Of a stretch of 64,000 nt of DNA, positions 24,836 through 34,635 are shown one piece after another (the first letter of the stretch is position 1; each line of letters begins with the position of its first letter). The stretch is from NCBI GenBank assembly GCA_049510875.1, contig JBEKYO010000005.1, positions 3,818-67,817 on the forward strand. Reading direction: 5' to 3'. The notes beneath the pieces were generated by a model. It did not search any database and was not told the DNA's origin. It saw only the letters and a list, made by a program, of their open reading frames with translations. The DNA is from Steroidobacteraceae bacterium. GTDB lineage: Bacteria; Pseudomonadota; Gammaproteobacteria; Steroidobacterales; Steroidobacteraceae. The position numbers were made by a program, and so were the translations under genes.

Positions 24836-27236
24836 CCCGCGGCGCGGCGCGAGTCCGCGCGGGCGACGTCAGCAGCGCGGAGAACACCAGGGCGAGCAGC
24901 GCGCCCGGCGCCACGGTCTCACCCAGGGCCGTCAGCACCGGCACCTGCGAGAACGCGAGCAGTCCGAAGGCCATCACCGTGCTCAGGTTCGCGATGCCGA
25001 GCGAGGCGAGCGTCAGCGGCGCGCTGGGGCCGCGCTGCTTGGCGCCCTCATCGTCGAAGAACAGCGCGTAGTTCGAGCCGACGGCAACGATGAGCAGCAT
25101 GCCCACCAGATGCAAAATGGTGAGCCGTTGTCCGGCGGCGGCGAGCCCGGCCGCCACGGCGAGGACCGCGAGCGCCAGCGGCGCCAGCACTCGCACCACC
25201 CGCAACGGCGAGCGCAGCGCGGCCAGCAGCAGCAGGAAAATCAGCGCGAACCCGCACAGCGACAGGCGGATCGCTTCGCGCAGGTAGCTTGCGTAGAGCG
25301 CATCGGCCTGCGCTTTCATGTCGAGCACCTGGGCGCCCTGCACATGGGCTGCGGCGAGCGCCGCCTCGACACGGCCGGCGTCGACATCGGGCGCGGCGGC
25401 GCCGTTCGCGGCGTGCAGGGGCAGCAGCGCGCTCCAATGGCCGGACCGGTGCAGGATCAAGGCGCCGAACCCGGCAGCGAGCGAGGTGCCGCGCAGGTCG
25501 TCGGCGGTCACGAGCGCGCCGCGCCGCGCGGCCTCGACGTCATCGAGGAAGGGCGTGAGCTGAGCGGCGTCAAGATCGAGGTCGGCCGCGGCGGCACGCA
25601 GGTTGTCGTGCAGCGCCGGCCGCTCGGGAAGCGCGGCGCGGCGCTGTTGCTGGGTGGCGAGGCTCGGCAGGTAATCGGCCGGACTGTCGAATGCGCCGAT
25701 GGCCCCGGCGTCGACCAGGCTCTGCAGCGGTGCCCGGGCGCGCTCGGCGCCTTCGAGGGCGGACTCAAGGCTCCGCCCCTCCACGATGACGAGGTCGAGC
25801 ACATCGGCGGCGCCGAGGTCGGACCGAAGCGTTGCGTCCAATCGTTGATCCTGCGCGGATACGGGACTCAGGGCGGACAGCTCGCGATTCCACAGGGTTG
25901 CGTGATGCCGATACAGCACCGACAGCGCGATGATCGCGAGCAGGCACGCCGCGCCGGCGGCGCGGGCGCTGCCGAAACGCCGCAGGGAATCGCGGCGCCG
26001 GCCGATCCACGTCCCCAACGGCGTGAGGTCGCGAATCTTCAATCCGGCGGGGAGCAGCACCGGCAGCACGAACCGCGTCACCAGGGCTGCCGCGATCAGG
26101 CCGCTGATGGAGTAGAGGCCAAGCTGGGCAAGTCCGGGGAAGCCGGAGGGAAGCAGCGACGCGAAGCCGCAAACGGACGTCAGCATGCCGAGCCGGATGG
26201 TGGGCCAGAGCAGCCGCTGCCACGAGCCGGGGGCGCGGTCCGGCGCGCGCTCGCGCGCCGATTGAATGAAAAAATAGATGGAATAATCCACCGACTCGCC
26301 GATCAAGGTGATCCCGAAGCCGAGTGTGACGCCATGCACGGCGCCGAAGCCGAGGGCGACGGCGGCAATGCCGCACAACGCGCCGGTGGCCACCGGCAGC
26401 AGTCCCAGGATCAAGGCGGTGCTCGATCGATAAACCGTCAGCAATACGCCGATGACCAGCAGGCTGCTCACGATGGACAGGCGCGTCGCCGCCCGCTTGA
26501 TCTTGGCGCGTGCGTCCACGGCGAAAACGCCCGGGCCGCTCATGCGCAGCCGCACCGCCGACGCGGCCGGGCCCGCCGCGGCCACGCCGGCGCGAAAGGC
26601 CGCGCCGATGGCGCGCAGATCTTGCTCCTGCGCGTCCGTGTCGGATCCCGCGGCGTCAGTTTGCGCGACCAGCAACGTGCGCGCGCCGTCCGCCGACACC
26701 CACACGCCGCCCTGCATTCGCGGACTGCGCACCCGGGCCAAGTCGTCGAGCAGGTGCAGCAGCTCGCCGGTGGGGTCATGGGCCACCAACGACGCCGGCA
26801 TGAGTCCCGCCGAGGAGGCCAGATCCAGGAGGGTCTGCCCGGCGGCCGCGCGCAGGCCCGCCGCCGAAAAATGCTCTGCGCTGACCGCATCGCTCAAGAG
26901 ATAGCGATGCTGCAACAAGAAATCACGATCGCGCCCGCCCGCCACGGGCTCGCCGTTGTCCACGTTCGAAAACGCGGCATCGCTGCGCAGCCGCTGCGCC
27001 AGCGCCTTGGAGAGGAGCGCGCGGGTTTGGCTGTCGCCGTCCTCGAGCGCGATCAGAACGAGGCGCGAGGCGGGACCGTCGCGCAGTTGGTCGACCAACT
27101 GTTGTTGCAGCGGCGTCGGCTTTGCCGGCAGGAAGGCCGACAGGTCGGTGACGTAGGTCGCGTGAGCGACTATCCAGACGGCCGCTGCGACGCAGATCAA
27201 CCACGGCGCGACGATGCGCGCGCGGCGCGCGTTCAT
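24819..27236 (-). CDS. MMPL/RND-superfamily exporter (ApeM-like)
   Basis: 805 aa with two blocks of TM helices separated by large soluble loops. The N-terminus reads MNARRARIVAPWLICVAAAVWIVAHATYVTDLSAFLP. It follows a LolA-like gene, as in aryl-polyene clusters. Confidence 0.75.
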   Translation of the reverse strand: MNARRARIVAPWLICVAAAVWIVAHATYVTDLSAFLPAKPTPLQQQLVDQLRDGPASRLVLIALEDGDSQTRALLSKALAQRLRSDAAFSNVDNGEPVAGGRDRDFLLQHRYLLSDAVSAEHFSAAGLRAAAGQTLLDLASSAGLMPASLVAHDPTGELLHLLDDLARVRSPRMQGGVWVSADGARTLLVAQTDAAGSDTDAQEQDLRAIGAAFRAGVAAAGPAASAVRLRMSGPGVFAVDARAKIKRAATRLSIVSSLLVIGVLLTVYRSSTALILGLLPVATGALCGIAAVALGFGAVHGVTLGFGITLIGESVDYSIYFFIQSARERAPDRAPGSWQRLLWPTIRLGMLTSVCGFASLLPSGFPGLAQLGLYSISGLIAAALVTRFVLPVLLPAGLKIRDLTPLGTWIGRRRDSLRRFGSARAAGAACLLAIIALSVLYRHHATLWNRELSALSPVSAQDQRLDATLRSDLGAADVLDLVIVEGRSLESALEGAERARAPLQSLVDAGAIGAFDSPADYLPSLATQQQRRAALPERPALHDNLRAAAADLDLDAAQLTPFLDDVEAARRGALVTADDLRGTSLAAGFGALILHRSGHWSALLPLHAANGAAAPDVDAGRVEAALAAAHVQGAQVLDMKAQADALYASYLREAIRLSLCGFALIFLLLLAALRSPLRVVRVLAPLALAVLAVAAGLAAAGQRLTILHLVGMLLIVAVGSNYALFFDDEGAKQRGPSAPLTLASLGIANLSTVMAFGLLAFSQVPVLTALGETVAPGALLALVFSALLTSPARTRAAPRGAADA

Positions 27237-27832
27237 CGGCCGTCGGGAGCGCGCAAGATCATCAGCGATCGGTCGCCGTCCGCCTGTCGAATCTCCACCT
27301 GCGAGAGTTCGTCCTTCGCGCCCTCGATGCTCACCTGCGCCACCGCCTTGGCGATCTCCCGGTCGAGCGGCACGAGCACGAGCGTCCAGTGCGCCAAGTT
27401 GCCCGAATACTGCAGCCGAAACACCCGCTCCAGCGCGGCCCGGTCTCCCGCCAGCGTCGCGCGGATGCTTTCGATGAAGGGTGCCACCTGCGGGTAGGAC
27501 TTCAAGTCGAGCACGTGGCTGCGATGGCCGCGCTCGACCGTCAACACGTCGCCGCTCAGCACCAGGCTTTCGGGACGCGGCTCGAGCGTGCGCTTCTCCA
27601 GCCGGTCCGGGGCGTCGTAGATGAGCTCGCCCGAGGACTCGAGCGGCCTCTTCAGCAGCGACATGAATTGCTGCTCGACGAAACTCACCTCACCGTGGCG
27701 CCGCCCCGCCAGGGCGTGCATGACGTCGTCCAAATCGTCGGCGGCGTGGGCCGCCGCGCCGACCAGCAGTGCGCAGCAAGCGCCCGCCAGGCGCAGCGCC
27801 GGGCGCGGCGGACTAGGGACGGTTCGGCGCAC
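27233..27832 (-). CDS. LolA-like outer-membrane lipoprotein carrier family protein
   Basis: 199 aa with a signal peptide (LAGACCALLVGAAAHA). The size, the predicted beta-rich sequence and the position before the MMPL gene match ApeL-type proteins. The call rests mainly on context. Confidence 0.55.
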   Translation of the reverse strand: MRRTVPSPPRPALRLAGACCALLVGAAAHAADDLDDVMHALAGRRHGEVSFVEQQFMSLLKRPLESSGELIYDAPDRLEKRTLEPRPESLVLSGDVLTVERGHRSHVLDLKSYPQVAPFIESIRATLAGDRAALERVFRLQYSGNLAHWTLVLVPLDREIAKAVAQVSIEGAKDELSQVEIRQADGDRSLMILRAPDGR

Positions 27833-28754
27833 GCCAGAAATCGAAGAAATTGAACCAATTGAAGGGGTCGCGGCGGCAGTGCAGGTCGAGCAACGCAGCG
27901 TAGCGCTCGACCGCCTCGCGCACCGCGGCGTCGCGCGATTTCGTGGTGACGTTGGCGAAGTCCGCGACCGGTGCGAACACCACGTGATAGCGGTTTGCGC
28001 CGCGGTACAGGCCGACCATGAAGATGACCGAACGGCGCAAAATGGCGGCGGCGCGCATCGGGCCGGTGGGCAGGTACGCGCGCTCGCCCAGGATCGTCAC
28101 CTCATGCCGGGGCTCGTCCCCCAGAGTACGGTCGCCCAGCATGCCGACGAACGCGCCGCGATCGAGCCGTTCGGCGATCCTGAGCATCGCGTCGATGTGT
28201 CCCAGCGAAACGATATCGGGTTTCGCCTCCGGGTTGATGGCGGCCAGAATGGCGTTGATCTTGCGGGCGTTGTCCTCGTACATCGCCATCGACACGAGGA
28301 TTCCGGGCTGGCGGCGGCCGATGCTGCCGATGACCTCGAAACTACCCATGTGCGCGCCCATCAGGAAGGCGCCATGACCCAGCTCCATCTGGGCCTTCAT
28401 GAGGGATTCGCCTTCGATGGTGATCTCGAACTCATGGTATTGCTCGTTGATGAGATACACGCGATCGTGAATCGTGGTCGCGAAATTCAAGACATGCCGG
28501 AATCGCTCGCGTGCACTCGGCATGCGGCCCAACGCACGGTGCAGGTAGCGGCGCGACTGGCGGCGCGCCGCCGGAGCGAACCAAAAGAAATATGCGGCGA
28601 TACCGTAGAGCGCGACGCGGCTCAGCCGCCGTCCCAGACGCATCGATAGGAACGCCATCAGCTTGAGCAGGGCCGCGCTGCCGCGCTCGCGGGCGCCGAC
28701 CCATTCGGCCGGTTTCCGCGGTGCGTGTGCGACGTGCGTCGGATCAGGCGCCAT
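27813..28754 (-). CDS. LpxL/HtrB-type lipid A biosynthesis-like acyltransferase
   Basis: 313 aa. It has an HX4E/D-type motif (GAHMGSFE) and overall resembles lauroyl/myristoyl acyltransferases (RRYLHRALGRMPSARERFRHVLNFA). Confidence 0.65.
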   Translation of the reverse strand: MAPDPTHVAHAPRKPAEWVGARERGSAALLKLMAFLSMRLGRRLSRVALYGIAAYFFWFAPAARRQSRRYLHRALGRMPSARERFRHVLNFATTIHDRVYLINEQYHEFEITIEGESLMKAQMELGHGAFLMGAHMGSFEVIGSIGRRQPGILVSMAMYEDNARKINAILAAINPEAKPDIVSLGHIDAMLRIAERLDRGAFVGMLGDRTLGDEPRHEVTILGERAYLPTGPMRAAAILRRSVIFMVGLYRGANRYHVVFAPVADFANVTTKSRDAAVREAVERYAALLDLHCRRDPFNWFNFFDFWRAPNRP

Positions 28755-29070
28755 GCGACAGCATACCGGATGCGATTGCGCGGCTGGCGGCCCGGATCGC
28801 GAAGCGGATGGTCGAATCGCCGGTGGCTGCGTGCTCCAGCGTCAAATCGTCGCCCGGCCGGACGGGATCCAAAAATTTCACCGCGGCGAGCCGCCACTGC
28901 GTCAGATCGAGGCTGCGGCTGCGTGCGATTTCGTGCAGCGCCTCGTCCAGCAGCGCGGCGCCCGGGAGAATCGGAAATCCGGGGAAATGCCCGGCGTAGG
29001 CCGCGTGATCGACCGCAATCGCAAGCTCGCTGCGCATGGCCGGTGCCGCCGCGCCTGCGCTTGCGGTCAC
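28744..29070 (-). CDS. hotdog-fold dehydratase (FabA/FabZ-like, ApeI-like)
   Basis: 108 aa. The segment DHAAYAGHFPGFPILPGAALLDEAL resembles the FabA/FabZ HFPxxPxxPG active-site region. Confidence 0.6.
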   Translation of the reverse strand: MTASAGAAAPAMRSELAIAVDHAAYAGHFPGFPILPGAALLDEALHEIARSRSLDLTQWRLAAVKFLDPVRPGDDLTLEHAATGDSTIRFAIRAASRAIASGMLSHGA

Positions 29071-30428
29071 GGGGAGCCGCTCGCGCGCATCCGGCTCTCG
29101 GCCAGCGATTGCAGGGCTTGCAGCGGTATTTTGCCGGTGGCATTGCGCGGCATCTGATCCACCAGCAGCAACGGACGGGGCAGGAACGCCGGATCGATGC
29201 GCCGCCGCAATTGTTCCGTCAGCTGCGCGAGGTTCAAGGTGGGCGCGACGACCACGGCAGCCAGGCGAGCGACGCCGGTGCCTTCGGGCTGCGCATCGCG
29301 CAGGAAAAACGCGCCATCGACCACGCCCGGAATGGCGTTCAGTTGGGCATTCAAATAACTGAAGGAGCTGCGCTTACCCGCGACGTTGACCAGATCGGCG
29401 GTGCGCCCGTGCAGCAGGAATTCCTCCTCGCCGGTGATCTCGATCACATCGCACATCGGGGTCATCTGCTCGACGTGACCGCCGTGGGCGAATACCTGCT
29501 GGTCGCGGGCGAACAAGCGCACATCGGGCCACAGGCGCCAAGTCGGCGATTCGGCGGTGCGGCGCGTGGCGATCTGACCCGTTTCGGTGGACCCATAGAT
29601 CTCGAGCAGCCGCGTTTGGAAGGCCGCCTCCACCTCGAGCGCCACTTCAAGCGACAAAGGCGCGGTGGCTGACACCAGCAAATCGACCGGCGGCAGGGCG
29701 ATGCCGGCGGCCAACAAGGCGCGCAAGTGCAGGGGCGTCGTGACCAGTTCCCGCGGGCGCGGCAGCGCCGCGATGGAGGCGCAGATATCCGCCGGATAGA
29801 ACGGCCGCTCGGCACTGAAGGCGTTGCCGGAGAGCAGGGCGAGCAGCACCGTCGATTCGAAGCCGTACATGTGCTGTGCCGGGACGGTGCCGATCAGAGT
29901 ATGGGCTCGGCCGTCGAGCAGGCCGAGGCGCGGAGCGCCGTCGCGCACGCAGCGCGCGAGCTTGCCCCACGTCTTTTTGTAGGGCAGCGGCGTACCCGTG
30001 GAGCCCGACGTGAACACGATGGCGGCGAGCTGAGCCGTCGATATCCGCGGGTTGCTGAAGGCCGCGCCGACGCGGGCCGCAAGCCGCGGAAACTGCAGCC
30101 GGGGCAGATCGATGTTGCAGGCCGTCTCGTCGGTCAGGCAAAAAACATCCGGAGCGAAGTCGGTGAGCTGCCGGATCACCTCCGGCGTATGGGTCGACGG
30201 CAGCAAGCTCACCCGTTCGGTCATGAGGCAGGCGGCAAGTCCCACCGCAAATCGGTACCGGTCGGAGCAAACATTCAGCGCGTGCCGGGAGGCGGGCAGG
30301 CAATCGGCCAGATGCCCGGCGTCGGCCAGGAACTGGCGCGCCTCGACGGCTTGTCCGCCGCGGTAGGCGACGACCGCGGTGGGCGATTCATGCGCAAGCA
30401 GCGGGATGGTGTCGGCGCTCAGGATCAT
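29067..30428 (-). CDS. AMP-dependent synthetase/ligase (aryl/acyl-ACP ligase of the cluster)
   Basis: 453 aa from ATG 30428, which forms an ATGA overlap with the upstream gene. Adenylation core motifs are present: FTSGSTGTPLPYKK, YGSTETG and GRTADLVNVAGKR. The track ORF (585 aa) is over-extended. Confidence 0.85.
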   Translation of the reverse strand: MILSADTIPLLAHESPTAVVAYRGGQAVEARQFLADAGHLADCLPASRHALNVCSDRYRFAVGLAACLMTERVSLLPSTHTPEVIRQLTDFAPDVFCLTDETACNIDLPRLQFPRLAARVGAAFSNPRISTAQLAAIVFTSGSTGTPLPYKKTWGKLARCVRDGAPRLGLLDGRAHTLIGTVPAQHMYGFESTVLLALLSGNAFSAERPFYPADICASIAALPRPRELVTTPLHLRALLAAGIALPPVDLLVSATAPLSLEVALEVEAAFQTRLLEIYGSTETGQIATRRTAESPTWRLWPDVRLFARDQQVFAHGGHVEQMTPMCDVIEITGEEEFLLHGRTADLVNVAGKRSSFSYLNAQLNAIPGVVDGAFFLRDAQPEGTGVARLAAVVVAPTLNLAQLTEQLRRRIDPAFLPRPLLLVDQMPRNATGKIPLQALQSLAESRMRASGSP

Positions 30429-31063
30429 AGGGGGGCGGCGAAGTAGACGCGCACCGTCGCCAGCAGGCCGCCTCGAGGGCGCCGCGGCAGCACCCAGCGC
30501 CGCAGCAGGTATTCCGCGACGAACATGGCTGCCACCAGCGGCTGGACGCAGAAATTGCTGTAAATCGACCAGATCCGCAAGGGCGCCAGCAGGTAGAGGA
30601 GAATCGAAAGCGCCGAGATCAAGAAGAACAAGGCGGCCCACGCACCCGTGACGCGCCGCGTGTACTTGATCTCCAGCGGCGAGAGGGGGCCATGAACCCG
30701 ATCCGCCAAGCGCGTGCAGAGCGCCACATGGCCGGGGAGCATCGAGCGGCTGAAGGTCAATCCAAGCAGGCCATACACGCCGCTCTCCTGCACGAAGGAG
30801 AGCAGGGCGTAGTTCTGCCTCCATAGGGGCCAGAGTCCATACACCAGTGCGCCGAGGCCTGCGCTCGCCAGCATGGCGAGCCGCCGCGGCAGCGCGCGCC
30901 AGGCGAGGATCACCGCGACCACGGTGAGCGGCGCCAGAACCACCGCGGCGCCCAAATTGCCGGCTCCGGCAACCGAATTACTATAATGGGAGAGTCCGGC
31001 GTAGGCCGCGATAAGGAGCGCTGCCGCAGCACACTGCAGCCTTCGCGCCCAGTGCATGCTCAC
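30425..31063 (-). CDS. integral membrane protein of unknown function (conserved in this cluster type)
   Basis: 212 aa with about 6 hydrophobic segments. It is translationally coupled on both sides (ACP upstream, ligase downstream). Confidence 0.55.
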   Translation of the reverse strand: MSMHWARRLQCAAAALLIAAYAGLSHYSNSVAGAGNLGAAVVLAPLTVVAVILAWRALPRRLAMLASAGLGALVYGLWPLWRQNYALLSFVQESGVYGLLGLTFSRSMLPGHVALCTRLADRVHGPLSPLEIKYTRRVTGAWAALFFLISALSILLYLLAPLRIWSIYSNFCVQPLVAAMFVAEYLLRRWVLPRRPRGGLLATVRVYFAAPL

Positions 31064-31362
31064 TTGGTTCTCTGTACCGCGATGAACTCGGATAAATGCC
31101 GGAGCGACCTGAAGATTTGCTGATTTTCAGGGGCCTCGGCGCGAAGTTGCACGCCGTATTGCTTGGAGACGAGCAGCGCAACCTCCAGGATATCGATGGA
31201 ATCGAGACCCAGGCCTTCGCCGTACAGGGGGGCGTTCGGATCGATATCCTCGGGCGCGACCTCCAAATTCAACGCCTGCACGAACAGCGTGGCGAGTTCC
31301 CGCTGTAGACCGACATCGGCCAAGGGCGCCGGCTTTTGCATGAGCGACGCTTTGTCGGACAT
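31060..31362 (-). CDS. acyl carrier protein
   Basis: 100 aa. The phosphopantetheine attachment motif is GLGLDSIDILEV. It is the first gene of the minus-strand operon. Confidence 0.85.
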   Translation of the reverse strand: MSDKASLMQKPAPLADVGLQRELATLFVQALNLEVAPEDIDPNAPLYGEGLGLDSIDILEVALLVSKQYGVQLRAEAPENQQIFRSLRHLSEFIAVQRTK

Positions 31363-31480
31363 AGGCTGAGCTTCGATTTGGTTTCTAGGGTAATGCGGGC
31401 ATCGGATGCCGGTCTGGGATCATTATATAGGTGTAGGCCCGACCGGCAACCCACGACTGAACGAGGTATCCTCCGCAGGC

Positions 31481-32215
31481 ATGATGCAAGCGCCCCACCG
31501 ACCGCTCAAGGATTACTACGCTCAGGAAGCCGACAGGCCGGACTGGGTGCGCGGGATCTTCGATGATACGGCCGGCGATTACGATCGCGTCGAGCGCGTC
31601 ATGGCGTTGGGTTCGGGCTCCTGGTACCGGCGCCGCGCGCTGCGCCGGGCGGGGCTCGTGCCGGGAATGCGGGTCCTGGACGTGGGGGTGGGAACGGGCT
31701 TGACGGCCCGAGAGGCGGCCCGGCTGGTCGGCACGGCGGGCCACGTCACCGGGGTGGACCCGAGCTCGGGAATGCTGGAACGCGCCATCGTTCCCCCCGG
31801 GATTCAGTTGCTGTTGGGGAGTGCCGAGGCGCTGCCGCTGGCGGCCGACACGGTGGATTTCCTCTCGATGGGCTACGCGCTGCGCCATGTTGCCGACCTG
31901 TCCGTGGCGTTTCGCGAATTCAAGCGGGTGCTGGTGCCGGGCGGCCGCTTCTGCGTCTTGGAGATCACCTCGCCCGCCGGGCGGGTGGGGCGAGGTCTGC
32001 TGCGCATGTACATGCGGGGCATCATCCCCCTGGCGGCGCGCTGTATCGCCCGCCATCGCGACGTGCCGAAGCTGATGCGCTATTACTGGGACACCATCGA
32101 AGCCTGCGCGAGCCCGGCCGCCATCATGGCATCGATTCGCGACGCGGGCTTCGTCGACGTCGAGCGGGTCGTGAGCTTGGGCGTGTTTTCCGAGTATTGC
32201 GCCCGCAAGCCCTAG
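31481..32215 (+). CDS. class I SAM-dependent methyltransferase (UbiE/MenG-like)
   Basis: Motif I is VLDVGVGTG, followed by DFLSMGYALRHV and VLVPGGRFCVLE. I favour ATG 31481 (MMQAPHRPLKDYY) over the longer track ORF. Confidence 0.85.
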   Translation: MMQAPHRPLKDYYAQEADRPDWVRGIFDDTAGDYDRVERVMALGSGSWYRRRALRRAGLVPGMRVLDVGVGTGLTAREAARLVGTAGHVTGVDPSSGMLERAIVPPGIQLLLGSAEALPLAADTVDFLSMGYALRHVADLSVAFREFKRVLVPGGRFCVLEITSPAGRVGRGLLRMYMRGIIPLAARCIARHRDVPKLMRYYWDTIEACASPAAIMASIRDAGFVDVERVVSLGVFSEYCARKP

Positions 32216-32259
32216 ACCCTGGTCCCTAGACCCTGGTCCCTAGACCCTAGACCCTGGTC
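32211..32259. repeat. 14-bp tandem repeat CCTAGACCCTGGTC x3 plus one 7-bp half unit
   Basis: I read this directly from the sequence. It fills the whole spacer between the methyltransferase stop (TAG 32213-32215, inside unit 1) and the convergent glycosyltransferase stop (32258-32260). Confidence 0.9.
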
Positions 32260-33019
32260 AATGGCGCCGCGCGGCGCGCCCCAGCAGCAGCGGCAGCCGC
32301 GCCAGGAACCCCAGAAACAGCCTGCAGTGCATCCAGGTGAGCAGTGCGTTGTCGCGACCGTAGCGGAAATGCGACACGCCGCCTTCTTCCGGACGAAAGT
32401 AGCGCACGGGCGCGGGCAGATTGATGGGACGAACGCCCCGCCAGCACAGCCGCACCACCGCCTCGGCGTCGAAGTCGAAGCGCCGCATCCAGAGTTGACG
32501 GCGCATCACCCCATCGAGCGCAGCCAGCGGATAGACGCGAAATCCATACAGGGAGTCGCCGATTCCCGACCACAGCGTCTCGAGATTGGCCCACCAGTTG
32601 GACACCTTGCGGCCCTTGACGCGAAGGTTCGGGGCGGTGGCGTCGAACACCGGGATGCCGAGCACCATGGCATCCGGCGCTGCGAGCGAGGCTTGCATGA
32701 ACGCGGGGATCCTCTCAACCGGATGCTGCCCGTCAGAATCCATGGTCAGGGCATGGGTAAATCCCGCTTGCAGGGCCTCGCGGACGCCGTATAACACCGC
32801 TGCGCCCTTGCCCGCGTTGCGCGGCAGAATCAGCACGCGCAAGTCCGGCCGGGCAGCCGCCATTTGTTGCAAGCGCAGCGCGGACCCGTCGGTACTGCCG
32901 TCGACCACCACCCAGACCGGCGACCACTGATCGAGCGCCGCGCCCACGGCGGCGAACACCTTGGGGCCCGGGTTGTAGCTTGGAATGAGCACCAGATGGG
33001 TGGTTGAGGGCGCCGGCAT
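32258..33019 (-). CDS. family 2 glycosyltransferase
   Basis: 253 aa. GT2 segments are LVLIPSYNPG, VVVDGSTDGS, LPRNAGKGAA and MDSDGQH. Confidence 0.85.
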   Translation of the reverse strand: MPAPSTTHLVLIPSYNPGPKVFAAVGAALDQWSPVWVVVDGSTDGSALRLQQMAAARPDLRVLILPRNAGKGAAVLYGVREALQAGFTHALTMDSDGQHPVERIPAFMQASLAAPDAMVLGIPVFDATAPNLRVKGRKVSNWWANLETLWSGIGDSLYGFRVYPLAALDGVMRRQLWMRRFDFDAEAVVRLCWRGVRPINLPAPVRYFRPEEGGVSHFRYGRDNALLTWMHCRLFLGFLARLPLLLGRAARRH

Positions 33020-33022
33020 GCG

Positions 33023-33787
33023 TTAGTCGCGCGGCAACCAGCGCGATTGCAGCGCAGCGCCCAGCTCGCTGCGGTAGTACGCGTCGAGTTCCGCGGTGAA
33101 GCCGTTCACGTCCGGCGGGGGCGGGAAGCGCCGGCCCAGGCGCACGCGGTAGTCGATGGGCAGGTTGGGGCGCCGAAACAACGGCCATCCCTTGCTCAAG
33201 AAAGGCGAGTCGGTCTCGATGATGAGGGTCTGCACCGGCACGCCGGCATACTTGGCGATGAGCCCGGCGCTCGCCACCAGGGGATTGATCGGCGCCCGCC
33301 GGGTGCGCGTGCCTTCGGGGAACAGCAGCAGCACGCCTCCCTCCTTGAGATGCGCCACGGACTCCTTGACCATCTGGCGCGACGATTCGTTTCTCACATA
33401 GCGGGCAAGCCGCGAGCCCGATCCGAGAAACACGTTCTTCATCAGCTCGGCTTTCATGACGCACACGATATTCGGATGCCGCGTGAGGATCAGCAGGGCG
33501 TCGATCAGGCAGGGATGATTGGGCGCAAGGACCACCGCTGGACCGTCTCGGAGCGCGTCGATCGCGCTCAAATCCAGGCGGTACGCGCGCGTGGCCGACA
33601 AGGACCAGGCATAGAGGCGGAAGCCGATCATGATGCCGCGCCGTCCGACGGCGGTGCCCAGGCGGCGGGGCAGGACGAAATACAACGGCAGCGCGAACAC
33701 TGACCAGGTCAGACAAATGAGCCCGAGCAGCGTCAAGGATGAATACAGCGCGAAAGACTCATACAGTGTTCGAAGTGGGCGAAGCAT
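33023..33787 (-). CDS. lysophospholipid (PlsC-type) acyltransferase
   Basis: 254 aa. The HX4D motif is NHPCLID and FPEGTRT is present. There is an N-terminal TM segment. Confidence 0.8.
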   Translation of the reverse strand: MLRPLRTLYESFALYSSLTLLGLICLTWSVFALPLYFVLPRRLGTAVGRRGIMIGFRLYAWSLSATRAYRLDLSAIDALRDGPAVVLAPNHPCLIDALLILTRHPNIVCVMKAELMKNVFLGSGSRLARYVRNESSRQMVKESVAHLKEGGVLLLFPEGTRTRRAPINPLVASAGLIAKYAGVPVQTLIIETDSPFLSKGWPLFRRPNLPIDYRVRLGRRFPPPPDVNGFTAELDAYYRSELGAALQSRWLPRD

Positions 33788-33789
33788 GC

Positions 33790-34635
33790 TCAGTCGGAGA
33801 CTTCAACCATCTGAGCGGAGGAGTGAATGATCCAGGCAATGCCGAATCCCGCGGACCAGTAGCTGTCGCGCTTTACCAGGGGGCTGTCCACGAACGCAGC
33901 GCCCGACAGGCTGTCATAGCGCAGATAGGCTCCCACCCAGTACTTCGGAAAGCGCTTCGAGAGCGCCGTGACGGTTTCGGTGCCGGCATAGCCGCCGGGC
34001 GCTTGATAGGCGGGGCGCGACGCCGTCGCATAAGCCGGCGCCACCGAATAGAAGTAGTCGTTGTAGCGGCGGTCGGCGAACAGCGGGCCCGCCAGCGCGC
34101 CGGCGTGCCAGCCGGCAAAACCCCAGGGTTCCGCCACGTCGAGCGCGAGCCGCGGGCTGAACGTCCAGCCGATGGACTGCGGCGGCGCGTCGACCGTAAA
34201 CGCGGTGCGCAGCGGCAGACGCAAATCGAACTTGATGTGCGAGTCGGCGCTGTGCAGCAGGTGAAAATCGAGGGAGGGACCGATTTCCAACGTGGACTTG
34301 AGATCGGGCATGCCGCTGCGGGCGCTGTCGTTGCGCACCGGCGAGGTGGCATTGCCGCTCACGTTCAGTTCGACCCAGTCCTGATTGAACAGCATGCCGC
34401 GAACTCCGTCACGGTCCGCTTTGAGGAACGTGCCGTTGTAGACGAGATAGGGAATCGGCAGCGGATAGCCGTGCGTGGTGTCCGAGCCGCGATAGTCCTC
34501 GAACGCGACCGCGCCGATCCCCAGCCCGTATTCCAGCAGAGGCTCTTCTTTCGGATTGGCGGCCGGGGTCCACGCGACGCAGAGGAGCGCTGCCATGAGC
34601 GCCTCCGGGCGGCGGCCGGTCGTCTTGGAGCTCAT
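33790..34635 (-). CDS. MipA/OmpV-family outer membrane protein
   Basis: 281 aa from ATG 34635, which forms a TGATG overlap with the halogenase stop. Segments AFEDYRGSDTTHGYPLPIPYLVYNG and YFYSVAPAYATASRPAYQAPGGY...YLRYDSLSGAAFVDSPLVKRDSYW parallel E. coli MipA. Confidence 0.65.
   Translation of the reverse strand: MSSKTTGRRPEALMAALLCVAWTPAANPKEEPLLEYGLGIGAVAFEDYRGSDTTHGYPLPIPYLVYNGTFLKADRDGVRGMLFNQDWVELNVSGNATSPVRNDSARSGMPDLKSTLEIGPSLDFHLLHSADSHIKFDLRLPLRTAFTVDAPPQSIGWTFSPRLALDVAEPWGFAGWHAGALAGPLFADRRYNDYFYSVAPAYATASRPAYQAPGGYAGTETVTALSKRFPKYWVGAYLRYDSLSGAAFVDSPLVKRDSYWSAGFGIAWIIHSSAQMVEVSD

Noticed and set aside
24543-27497. 984-aa plus-strand ORF opposite the MMPL exporter
   Set aside because: Its translation is a monotonous Arg/Gly/Ala/Gln-rich string without TM segments or motifs. 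The minus strand encodes a coherent 805-aa MMPL-type membrane protein in operon context.
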